This document shows, in pieces, positions 9,100 through 17,784 of a stretch of 25,876 nt of DNA (the first letter of the stretch is position 1; the number at the start of each line of letters is the position of its first letter). Below the pieces are notes generated by a model. The model ran no database searches, had not been told where the DNA came from, and worked only from the letters and a program-made list of their open reading frames with translations. The translations under genes were made by a program, and so were the position numbers. Source of the stretch: a virus (taxonomy: Duplodnaviria; Caudoviricetes); IMG/VR virus record IMGVR_UViG_3300028396_000040, positions 1 to 25,876 of that record; one strand, given 5' to 3'.

Positions 9100-10110
9100 T
9101 TAATAGTCAAGTTTGATTCGTATTAGAGCTTCTTTAGTAAAATCCTTTAATAAAGGTTTTGATAATTTAGCTACCCCTAATAGATCGTTGTTATCATTAT
9201 ATAATCCTACTGATGTTACATATGCCTGTGGATTGTTAACCATTGAATTATGTCTTATCTCTCCTGACCCTGTTATATTAGACGGGTTTGACGAGTAGTT
9301 AAATTCACTGTTTCTCACTCTAACAAATACGTAGTTAGAAGATATTGTTTCTTCAGAATTTAACTTAAAACTATCTCCTGCTTTTATTGCATTATGTAGT
9401 ATGGTGTTATTTGCACCGTTTTCATCATTTGATCCTGATAGAATACCTAGACCGCCTAGGTCAACTTCTAATGCCTGTACGTTTAGTAGTATTAAACCTA
9501 CGTCCGGTAAAAACTTACCGTATGATGCTATATAGTTTCCTATAGTGTAGCCTGTCCCTAAATCATGAGAAACACCATTTGAACCTGAGATTATATCATA
9601 TACTCTTCCGACATCGCTATAAGTTTCAGTTGATGTTAAGCCGCTATTATCTGTTAATTCTAAATTATCACTACCTTGAGTTAATTTAAGATTAAAAGTT
9701 CCTGGAAGTAATTTTTCTTTGTATCTAGCTCTGTTTATCGATATTGCGTAGATACCTTTGTTTCCTGTGTTACCTCCATATAAGAAAGAAGATTCTTCAT
9801 CTCCTAATACTAATGATCTAAACTGTCCAAATATTGTAGATGTTGGAGATTTTCCAGCTACGTTTACATTATAAGGCTGTGCACCTGATCCATCTTCTGT
9901 ACCAAATGCTATTGAATACTGTACTGCAGCTGCTGAAGAGTCTGATGATGTTTGATATACATTTAAATAATAGTCACCACTTGTTGCTGCTTCTTGGGTT
10001 GATGATGTTTCAAAGCTATCTAATTCATAAGTGTCAGTAGACCATACTGTTGATGATACAGAGTCTGCACTTACTATTACGTCTTCATTATCGAATTTTT
10101 TAAATGACAT
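9100..10110 (-). CDS. Baseplate/fibre-attachment structural protein
   Basis: 336-aa ORF. C-terminal YVTSVGLYNDNNDLLGVAKLSKPLLKD...IRIKLDY resembles the (E/T)IGLY...LIA.A strand motif of tail-collar fibre (DUF3751-like) domains. Confidence 0.65.
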   Translation of the reverse strand: MSFKKFDNEDVIVSADSVSSTVWSTDTYELDSFETSSTQEAATSGDYYLNVYQTSSDSSAAAVQYSIAFGTEDGSGAQPYNVNVAGKSPTSTIFGQFRSLVLGDEESSFLYGGNTGNKGIYAISINRARYKEKLLPGTFNLKLTQGSDNLELTDNSGLTSTETYSDVGRVYDIISGSNGVSHDLGTGYTIGNYIASYGKFLPDVGLILLNVQALEVDLGGLGILSGSNDENGANNTILHNAIKAGDSFKLNSEETISSNYVFVRVRNSEFNYSSNPSNITGSGEIRHNSMVNNPQAYVTSVGLYNDNNDLLGVAKLSKPLLKDFTKEALIRIKLDY

Positions 10111-10116
10111 ATCTTA

Positions 10117-10776
10117 TTAAGTTGTTTTCGTTATTGTAATTGGAATAGTAACTCTTGCTCCACTATCTCTACCGATTATTGTAATCGTACTAGTAAGTGA
10201 TGTTGCGTTAGATCCATACAGAGTGTTTATTGTTGTTCCAGTAATATTGATAGATGTACCAATTACTGCTTTTGATACATTAGTACCAAGTGTAGTAGTT
10301 GAATTAAGTCTATCTGCTTCTGATGAAGTTATACCAACTCCTGTGAAGTTAGATAATAACCTTACATCTGATATTGTTGCAGAATATCCGTTTGTTTCAA
10401 ATGCTTGAGTAGCTCCTAAGTAGTTAAGAGTTTGCGGTGTTATAGTTAAGGATGCTCCTTGTTTTAATGTTATAGATGCAAATCCTGCTTCTAATATTGG
10501 TAGCTTAGCTGTACCTCTAGGTAGTGTAGCAAGCTTATATTTCATTACTTGATTTTCATCTGGGAATGCTTCTAGTAGCGGCATATTCTCTATAGCTTCA
10601 CCAAAAAAAGCTGATCCTGAAGGATGAGCGGTGTTATATAGAGTATAATCTATTTCGTCATCTGATAATGCAAATTGAGTGATTCTGAAGGATCCGTCAC
10701 CTCTTGCGAGTAGTTCGCGTCCTTTCTTTGTTAATATTGCGTCTACTGTGACGACTGAGTTGTTTAGGTATCCCAT
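10117..10776 (-). CDS. Baseplate structural protein (DUF3751-like N-terminal motif)
   Basis: 219-aa ORF. AILTKKGRELLARG...ITQFALSDDEIDY resembles the N-terminal motif of phage tail-collar/baseplate proteins. Confidence 0.65.
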   Translation of the reverse strand: MGYLNNSVVTVDAILTKKGRELLARGDGSFRITQFALSDDEIDYTLYNTAHPSGSAFFGEAIENMPLLEAFPDENQVMKYKLATLPRGTAKLPILEAGFASITLKQGASLTITPQTLNYLGATQAFETNGYSATISDVRLLSNFTGVGITSSEADRLNSTTTLGTNVSKAVIGTSINITGTTINTLYGSNATSLTSTITIIGRDSGARVTIPITITKTT

Positions 10777-10799
10777 GTTTTAACTTTTAATATATATAT

Positions 10800-10807
10800 T
10801 ATAAATA
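10800..10807 (-). promoter_or_regulatory. TATTTATA motif, putative phage late promoter
   Basis: Exact octamer 23 nt before the ATG at 10776. Confidence 0.7.
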
Positions 10808-10824
10808 TGTACCTTTTTAATATT

Positions 10825-12603
10825 CTACGTGGATGATTCAGAAGACCCAGGAACTGTACATATAGTTTTAATTGAATCTACAAACCCTTTATCGTTTGTT
10901 GAAATTATTGAGTTTGTTTCTTTTAACCACACCAAGTGTCTACCTATTGGTTTAATCCTACTCCCGGCAGTAGTGTATAATCTTGACCCTCCTACCCTTC
11001 TTACTTGCGTTCCATCTGAATGTGCTGCTACTATTGTTCCGTCATACCCTCTTAATATTGTAAGTTTCAAGTAGTTGTCGTAGAGTATATATGTCCTAAT
11101 ATCAGTAGACCCTGGTGTTAGTGGGTTAGGTTGTTTTGTTGCGGTGTTAATATTTAATATCTGCACTTTTTCTTGTTCTATCACTAGTATATCTCCGACC
11201 GATACTACTGCTCCTTTTGCTATATCAAGTCTAAAAGAATTATCATTTACGCTGTTGGTAAGTACGTCAGGGGTTATTATACTTCCTACGAGTTTTTCAC
11301 CTACTATAGGTTGAGTTCCTGTACCGTCAAAAAGTACAGTTTCTATATTTCTATCTGCTAATGATGAACTGCAAATTTTATCCAACTCTGTTGTTAGCCC
11401 ACTAAAAGGATACAGTGCTACTTCAACTTCCATTCCGGCAATAGCGGGTGATATACCACTAAAATCTCCTTCAGATGTCTTTGTTCCGTTGTACCTAGCA
11501 TTAATTAAACCTGTATCTGTGTAATTTGAATCCTGTATTGTTGCTTTTTGTGCGTATGGTTCCTGTACTCCTCTAACTGCTGCTAGGTTAAAATACCTAT
11601 CTAATTCTCCAAAAAATGTACCTATTTTTACACTATCTAGAGTTCCGCCAAGGGTATCTATCTGTACTGTTTGTCTTAATTTCACATATAAATCAGTCTG
11701 GCTTGATGTGTACAGTTGGTTTAATGGTGTTGAATTTTTTACAGTAGTTGTTGTACCGTTGTCATTTGTTTGAGTTAACAGTAATTGAGGTGATGCTGAT
11801 AAACTGCTAAGTGATGGGTCTCCAGTGTATACATCTAGGTAAAGCTTTATGGTAAATATTACATTTGGTCTTACTGTGCCTACGACGTTCCCAGATCCTG
11901 TGTCGGTTTCAAAAAAGTTCGGATTAATGGTAACTACGGGAGGTACTGGTGTGCCAAATGTGTTGTCAAGATCTGCTAGTGTCACTACTAATCGTGCACC
12001 ACCTTCTCTGTTTAACTGCCGTATAGGGGAAGATATTGTGTTTATAGTTTGATTATTAGAAGGATTTGCAGGAATTGTTGCATCAATCTCTCCTACTTTA
12101 GTACTTCCTATTATGTGAAATAATGTTAAATCTACTTGAGGATTTCCTACTAATGCATCATAGTTATCAGGTCTTATTCCTCCAGAAGCTCTATCTACAT
12201 CGTACCGTAGACTATTCGTTCTGGTATTTTCTGCATTACTTATAATTGCATTGTATTGATTATTAAAAAAAGGTTCTATTAAAAAGGGGTCAACTGCTAT
12301 AGAAGATGAAATTGAGTTTTGACTGTCTCCAATTATTGTATCTTCACTGTTTAAAAAAAAGTAACCCTCTTTATCTGTTATATCAGTAATGTTCAAAGTT
12401 GTGTTAATTCCACTACTAGATATAGGAAGGAGTATTTTGTTGATTTCTGATAGTGAAGGGACTATTACGTTTCCGCCAAGGTCTGTATCTGAGATTGTTA
12501 CAGATCTGATATTAACAAATCCACTACCGTTATCTGTTTGTATTAGTACTCTGATTTCTCCGTCTGCTGGTGATGTGTTTGAAAAGACTCCTTGACTTGG
12601 CAT
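10825..12603 (-). CDS. Putative virion structural protein (beta-rich)
   Basis: 592-aa Thr/Ser/Ile/Val-rich ORF in the baseplate cluster. It contains a module (GDILVIEQEKVQI...LTILRGYDGTIVAAHSDGTQV) resembling one in the giant fibre. Confidence 0.6.
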   Translation of the reverse strand: MPSQGVFSNTSPADGEIRVLIQTDNGSGFVNIRSVTISDTDLGGNVIVPSLSEINKILLPISSSGINTTLNITDITDKEGYFFLNSEDTIIGDSQNSISSSIAVDPFLIEPFFNNQYNAIISNAENTRTNSLRYDVDRASGGIRPDNYDALVGNPQVDLTLFHIIGSTKVGEIDATIPANPSNNQTINTISSPIRQLNREGGARLVVTLADLDNTFGTPVPPVVTINPNFFETDTGSGNVVGTVRPNVIFTIKLYLDVYTGDPSLSSLSASPQLLLTQTNDNGTTTTVKNSTPLNQLYTSSQTDLYVKLRQTVQIDTLGGTLDSVKIGTFFGELDRYFNLAAVRGVQEPYAQKATIQDSNYTDTGLINARYNGTKTSEGDFSGISPAIAGMEVEVALYPFSGLTTELDKICSSSLADRNIETVLFDGTGTQPIVGEKLVGSIITPDVLTNSVNDNSFRLDIAKGAVVSVGDILVIEQEKVQILNINTATKQPNPLTPGSTDIRTYILYDNYLKLTILRGYDGTIVAAHSDGTQVRRVGGSRLYTTAGSRIKPIGRHLVWLKETNSIISTNDKGFVDSIKTICTVPGSSESST

Positions 12604-12616
12604 AATCTACTTTTTA

Positions 12617-12624
12617 TATAAATA
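12617..12624 (-). promoter_or_regulatory. TATTTATA motif, putative phage late promoter
   Basis: Exact octamer 13 nt before the ATG at 12603. Confidence 0.7.
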
Positions 12625-12651
12625 TCTACTGAACATTTATTTTAAATTCTT

Positions 12652-15600
12652 CTACTTGTTATTATGAGACAATATACCGTTGCTAATATATGTATGAGCT
12701 TTTTCAACTGTCACTTCTATTACTGCTCCTTCTTCTTCTTCTATTACTTCTAAAATTTCGTAACCTGTTGTTACATCACCAACCTCTAGTAATTCAGCTG
12801 CTATAAAATCAGATTTATTATCTACGTATACTCTATGTCCAGGGCTACATATTAAATCCCTATCACTGTAGACTATTTTAAGTTTTTTACTATTGTTTAA
12901 TGTTTGAGCTTTAGTAACAATACAGCTTAACATTTCCATAGTTGATTCATGCTTAGTTCTTACTACATCACCTACTTTTATGTCTTTTGCTTTTTTAGTA
13001 TGTCCAAATTCTAATGTAATATCTGTTTCCGGGTCAACACAGTAGTTGCCGGCTTGTGTTATTACTAAGAAATCTGTAACGTTTGAACCTACTTTAAGCT
13101 GCACTGTTCCGGTTCTTGAACTCGGACTAGTATTATAGTTAGCAAAATATGAAGTGGTTACGTTTCCAAATCCAGAAGATGTTCCAGTTGATATCCAACT
13201 TGCCATAGACAGTAAAGTCCAATTTGTATTTGATGTAACAACTATGTTACCGTTTCCTGCATTGTATCCCATACTTACGGTAGAGGGAGTCATAGTTGCG
13301 GTTCCTGCTTGATATGTTACTGTATCTGATACACTTACCGATTGGTTGTTTGCCGCATCCGTTAGTGTTACTACTGCTGTAACTGTACCATTGTTGAAGT
13401 TGTGTGCATTATCAAATAGGTATACCCAGCCATTTGCATCTCCAGATCCATTACTAAAATTAGTAAGATCTGGCTCTGTTATGTATTCTGTTCCTCCTCC
13501 ACCTGTTGATGATATAGAAATATTAGCTACTACTGGTTCTGTGGTGGGTAAGTTGGCTATTTTTAGAAAGAAGTTTCCGCTGGAGTTACTAGATTGTGCT
13601 GTACTTCCTTGAAAGCTAGTTACAAATAAGGCACTATGTCCCGTTATTGGGGTAGTGTCTTTCGGTATAGTTTTACCAAAATCTCCTTGAGTGGTCCCTA
13701 CTGTAGATTCACCGCTTTGATTAGTTGCTGCATCTGTTAACTTAACGCTTAGTGCTATCTCTGTGCTTGTTGTATCCGGTAGAGATGATAAGTTCATATT
13801 TACAATTTGGGAGGTTGAATTGCTTATTGTTACTTCTTGCTTTATTGAACTTGCTCCAAGGGATGCTGTAATATTAGCTGTAGCGCCAAATTCAGCATTT
13901 CGTATCACTACAGGTACTGAAGTTTCATTTTGACTATAAGCATACTTAGCTCTAAATGCTACCTCTGGTGCAGGAGGTGCTCCTGGTATGTTATCATACT
14001 GGCTACAGTCTTCTATTGAGGTTACGGTTCCGTCATTTGCTATTTGAAATGCTTTTTGAGATGATCCTCCGTGGTAGTATTTACCTGCTCCTGCTAAAAC
14101 AGTATTACCGTTAATGTCTAGGTAAACTGTATCGCTTACTTGTGGAAGAGCGGTTAAGTTATCATGGTAGTATGTTATAGCATCGGATGGTAGTAAAATA
14201 CATGCTGCTTGTGGGGTGGTTTTTCCAGTAGAGTTTAATGAAAACGGTGTGTAGATACCGCTGTCAGACTCAACTGTTGTAATATTGTATTCAAGAGCTG
14301 GTGAATTCAGTATTTTAAATATATTAAGACTATTTAATTCACCATCAGTTATTTCTATTACACTACCGCTTAATTCTCCATTGTATTTTGGAGATTCATC
14401 TCCTATTACTTTATCTGTTGATCCGGTTATAGTTTGTATAGTATCACTAAATAGTGTAGTACTATCCATTGTTGAGTTGTCAAATGCTCCTGCATCATAC
14501 CCTTCAATAAAAGCTGTATCTATAACACCTTCATGATCAAGTTGTGTACCTGACATTTCAGGTGCTTTAGTCTTTGATTTACTTAATAGTCCGGGTTTGA
14601 TAATTATTCCAGTATCAGCAGTTGTTCTTGCTGGAAGGAAATCTTTTATCATTTTAAATAGTGTATTGTCGTAGAACTTTAATATCCTTACAAAATCGTT
14701 TAATTGGTACCTTTCAAGTGAACCAATAGTTCTTCTTTCTTGTTCTACTAACCCGCTATATTCAAGTTTACTTTCGTTTCTTGGATCTCCTAAATATTGA
14801 TCTATACTGAAGTCTGATGCTACTTGTGTTAGTATATATTCATCTATAGAGTCTGTTGGTGAGAAACCTACCTCTACTCTGTGTATATCCTGTGTCAGTA
14901 CATTTTCTGATTTCTGTATAGAGACGTCTTCATTTAATGTTGTGTTAATTGATCCGCTTGCTCTTGTTTCTACTCGTACCTTTTCTACAGCATCCACAGT
15001 ATGTTTATCGTAGTTAAAAAACCTTTCCCCTTCTATACTCTTACCTCCGTACTGTTTAATTTTTAAGAATTTAGAAGGTATACCGAAACAATTAATTAAT
15101 GCCCTAAGGCCTCTTTGAGTACCTTTAGCTTTTGTAAGAAGGGGTATATTATGGTAGATTCTCTTATATACTTCTGTTTCGTATTCTTTCCTTGACACTG
15201 GTTGTTCATCTATAGCAACTCCCGGTACTGATGTAAATGTATTGATAACTTCTAATTGACTTCCACTATCGTATGAATCTGCTATTAAATATTTAAATAA
15301 GTCTGTTGAACCTTCTTCTGAGTTATATATTTTAACTCCTAGACTCTTTATTGCCTCTTTTACTAAATCTTTAGATATACCAACATTTGTTCTATTATCT
15401 GCATTATACTTATCTGTAATTGCTTTTGTATATATCCATAAGTTATCAAAATGTTGACCTATCATATGTGTAAATAAGACTCCTGGGTTATTAGCATTAT
15501 CGTCTCTTATATATTCAGGTAAAGCGTTTCCTAACACATCGTAGTTTTGAGCATCAAAATTAGAAGCTGATATGATTTCACTATTGTACCAGTTTACTGC

Positions 15601-16770
15601 TTGCATATCTGTGCTAACTACATTGATATGAGGTTTTGCTGTTGTAGTTTTTGGCCAGCTAGAAGAGCCACTTTCAAAGTACAAATGTCTTTCGTAATGG
15701 TCAAAGTTGCCTACTATTCCCTTTATTAAGTTTGTGTATCTAGCATCACTTCCTACTACGTTAATCGTATTTGTTTCTGTTAGACTGTTTATAGTGTTTA
15801 GGCTTGTTTGATATGATTCTATTAATTGTAATTTGTATTTAAAGTTCTTTAATCTCTCCGTTGCAGATGAAAAGTGTATAAATTCTCCGTAATTACTGTG
15901 GTCTATATTTACTGCTACGCTCTTTTCGTTCAACAGTGAATATAATTCTCTGTTAGAATTAGAATTACTATAACTAAATAGTTCGTCGTAATTAAAGTAC
16001 TTAGTAGAGGTAGCGTTAGGTAGTTCAAGTTTTATGTCAAAGTTTGCTGGTCTAAGTCTAGGTTTAACTGCTATAGTAGGTTCTACTTCTGGTTCTACTT
16101 GTACTACTATTGAATCGCTTACTTTTTCAACAACTTGTACAAAACTTTTTATACCGTATCGTTTTGGTAACGGTTCGTAAAGTTTAAGTGCTACTGTAAA
16201 TTTATTTTCTAATTCATATACGTCAATATTCGTAACTATGAATAAGTCATTATCTCCACAATTTAACCAAAGTTCTTCAAAGTATTGATTATTTTTAAAC
16301 CCTTCTTTTAAGTCCTCTGTTATATTAAGAAGTTGATTAGTATCAATCTTATCAGAGTACAGTAAAACTTCTTTTCTGTCTTGTGATATTTCCTGTAGAT
16401 AAAAAGACTGTTTTGCATTATCTATAGTATACAGGTCATTTAAGAAGTGAAATACTATGGAAACGTCTGTTTGTACAAATCCGTATTCAACAGCTATGTC
16501 TTGTGGTTTTAAAGTTAGCTGAGATACACTATTGGTGGAGAGGTCTTCGTTGTTAACTATTACTTCTGTTGGTAACTCGTAATCGTATACAGATAGTAAT
16601 TTTGTATTATATATAGAGTAGAAATGAGACTCAATATAGTTCTTTTCAAAATCATATTGTTTGTTAATCTCATAATTATCAATTAAACTTAAATCTGCAT
16701 CAGAGTACTTCTCATTATCAGTTATTGAGTTTAAAGGTCTATCCAGTAAAGTGTATGTTACTTTTGCCAT
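12652..16770 (-). CDS. Large baseplate wedge protein (T4 gp7 / P2 gpI-like core) with C-terminal Ig-like, BACON and Hint domains
   Basis: Core motif LPEYIRDD...FTHMIGQHFD...LLTKAKGTQRGLRALINCFGIP (KGT motif of gp7/gpI), downstream of gp25-gp6. Two LTDAA.NQS Ig-like repeats, a BACON-like domain and a Hint domain follow. Confidence 0.75.
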   Translation of the reverse strand: MAKVTYTLLDRPLNSITDNEKYSDADLSLIDNYEINKQYDFEKNYIESHFYSIYNTKLLSVYDYELPTEVIVNNEDLSTNSVSQLTLKPQDIAVEYGFVQTDVSIVFHFLNDLYTIDNAKQSFYLQEISQDRKEVLLYSDKIDTNQLLNITEDLKEGFKNNQYFEELWLNCGDNDLFIVTNIDVYELENKFTVALKLYEPLPKRYGIKSFVQVVEKVSDSIVVQVEPEVEPTIAVKPRLRPANFDIKLELPNATSTKYFNYDELFSYSNSNSNRELYSLLNEKSVAVNIDHSNYGEFIHFSSATERLKNFKYKLQLIESYQTSLNTINSLTETNTINVVGSDARYTNLIKGIVGNFDHYERHLYFESGSSSWPKTTTAKPHINVVSTDMQAVNWYNSEIISASNFDAQNYDVLGNALPEYIRDDNANNPGVLFTHMIGQHFDNLWIYTKAITDKYNADNRTNVGISKDLVKEAIKSLGVKIYNSEEGSTDLFKYLIADSYDSGSQLEVINTFTSVPGVAIDEQPVSRKEYETEVYKRIYHNIPLLTKAKGTQRGLRALINCFGIPSKFLKIKQYGGKSIEGERFFNYDKHTVDAVEKVRVETRASGSINTTLNEDVSIQKSENVLTQDIHRVEVGFSPTDSIDEYILTQVASDFSIDQYLGDPRNESKLEYSGLVEQERRTIGSLERYQLNDFVRILKFYDNTLFKMIKDFLPARTTADTGIIIKPGLLSKSKTKAPEMSGTQLDHEGVIDTAFIEGYDAGAFDNSTMDSTTLFSDTIQTITGSTDKVIGDESPKYNGELSGSVIEITDGELNSLNIFKILNSPALEYNITTVESDSGIYTPFSLNSTGKTTPQAACILLPSDAITYYHDNLTALPQVSDTVYLDINGNTVLAGAGKYYHGGSSQKAFQIANDGTVTSIEDCSQYDNIPGAPPAPEVAFRAKYAYSQNETSVPVVIRNAEFGATANITASLGASSIKQEVTISNSTSQIVNMNLSSLPDTTSTEIALSVKLTDAATNQSGESTVGTTQGDFGKTIPKDTTPITGHSALFVTSFQGSTAQSSNSSGNFFLKIANLPTTEPVVANISISSTGGGGTEYITEPDLTNFSNGSGDANGWVYLFDNAHNFNNGTVTAVVTLTDAANNQSVSVSDTVTYQAGTATMTPSTVSMGYNAGNGNIVVTSNTNWTLLSMASWISTGTSSGFGNVTTSYFANYNTSPSSRTGTVQLKVGSNVTDFLVITQAGNYCVDPETDITLEFGHTKKAKDIKVGDVVRTKHESTMEMLSCIVTKAQTLNNSKKLKIVYSDRDLICSPGHRVYVDNKSDFIAAELLEVGDVTTGYEILEVIEEEEGAVIEVTVEKAHTYISNGILSHNNK
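12661..13041 (-). other. Hint (intein-like/BIL-type) domain, Cys1244-Asn1370, at the extreme C-terminus
   Basis: Block A CVDPETDITL, then KAKDIKVGDVV, block B LICSPGHRVYV, AAELLEVGD, and blocks F/G VIEVTVEKAHTYISNGILSHN. Only NK and a stop follow. There is no endonuclease insert. Confidence 0.9.
13045..13305 (-). other. BACON-like domain
   Basis: TPSTVSMGYNAGNGNIVVTSNTNWTLLSMASWISTGTSSGFGNVTTSYFANYNTSPSSRTGTVQL...LVITQAG matches the BACON pattern (VTSN..W....SWI....SG.GN...N....RTG.V...I.Q). Confidence 0.8.
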
Positions 16771-16776
16771 TTATTA

Positions 16777-17784
16777 CTATTTTAGTCTGTACCCAACTTC
16801 ATCTTCTCTTTCGGGATCTTTGTATGTTATTACTCTTGCTGTTATTTTTCCTTTAAAGTACTTAGTTTTCTTAAATGCATCTACTATTGAAGATGCCTTA
16901 TACCCTGCTTGTACTAATTCTGATACTATAAAGTCGAGTGTCATATCGTTAGCAGTATCCCTACTTGATGGGATTAAATATCGACGGTCTGAATTATTCG
17001 TATAATACTGTTTTCTTTTTGAATAGTACCCTGTGTCTCCGCTATTTTCACCGAATAACCAGAACCATTTTTTGCTAAATGCTTTTGCCCAATTGCGGAA
17101 AAAATTTGATCCTCTGTGGAATTGAAATAAAGTGTATTGATTTTTGACTATAAACCTGTAGGCTAACCCAACACTATCGTTTTTATTACCAAGTATCCCA
17201 TATATTTCATCAACTTCTCCAGTATCTGCTTGTGCAGCATTTTGAGCTGCTTGGTCTGCTGCTGCTTTTTCAGCGGCTTCTGCTGCTTTTGCTGCTGCTT
17301 CATTTGCCATTGCTGATGCTTGTTCTACAGCAGAGTTTGCTATTGTGTTTGCCTGTTCTAATACTGTAATAGCTGAGTTAGCAGCATCTAGTTGACCTCT
17401 TAATAGAGCCATTTGTTCTGCATCTTCAAAGTTAATTTCCCCTCCATTGGCTAATTGAGTTTCTAGTTCTAAGATACGTCTGTTACCTTCTAGTATTTGA
17501 CCTCTTAGTGAAGCAACTTCATCTAATAAAGGTTGTATGTTTTCTAATTGAGCGTCTATTTGGTATAGTTCTGAGCTTCTTTCTACAAGGTATTGGTGTG
17601 AGTTATTTTCTCCCTCTATTGGAATTAGCATATAGAGTTTATCGTAGAGTCTAAATAATTCCTCTACGGTATCAGGGTCTATTAAAGGTTCAGGTTCCTT
17701 ATAAAATTTAAAGTTCCTGTCTATTGTACTTTTATACCCATCTCTATTAAAGACAGTTTTTTTAATATCTACCTTTCTATCCAT
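16777..17784 (-). CDS. Hypothetical protein with central coiled coil (probably virion-associated)
   Basis: 335-aa ORF. Heptad-like IQPLLDEVASLRGQILEGNRRILELETQL, an Ala-rich helix AAAKAAEAAEKAAADQAAQNAAQ, and a basic/aromatic C-terminal region. Confidence 0.6.
   Translation of the reverse strand: MDRKVDIKKTVFNRDGYKSTIDRNFKFYKEPEPLIDPDTVEELFRLYDKLYMLIPIEGENNSHQYLVERSSELYQIDAQLENIQPLLDEVASLRGQILEGNRRILELETQLANGGEINFEDAEQMALLRGQLDAANSAITVLEQANTIANSAVEQASAMANEAAAKAAEAAEKAAADQAAQNAAQADTGEVDEIYGILGNKNDSVGLAYRFIVKNQYTLFQFHRGSNFFRNWAKAFSKKWFWLFGENSGDTGYYSKRKQYYTNNSDRRYLIPSSRDTANDMTLDFIVSELVQAGYKASSIVDAFKKTKYFKGKITARVITYKDPEREDEVGYRLK

Noticed and set aside
12661-13041. Canonical mobile splicing intein
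   Set aside because: There is no +1 Cys/Ser/Thr, no meaningful C-extein and no homing endonuclease. It is reported as a terminal Hint domain instead.
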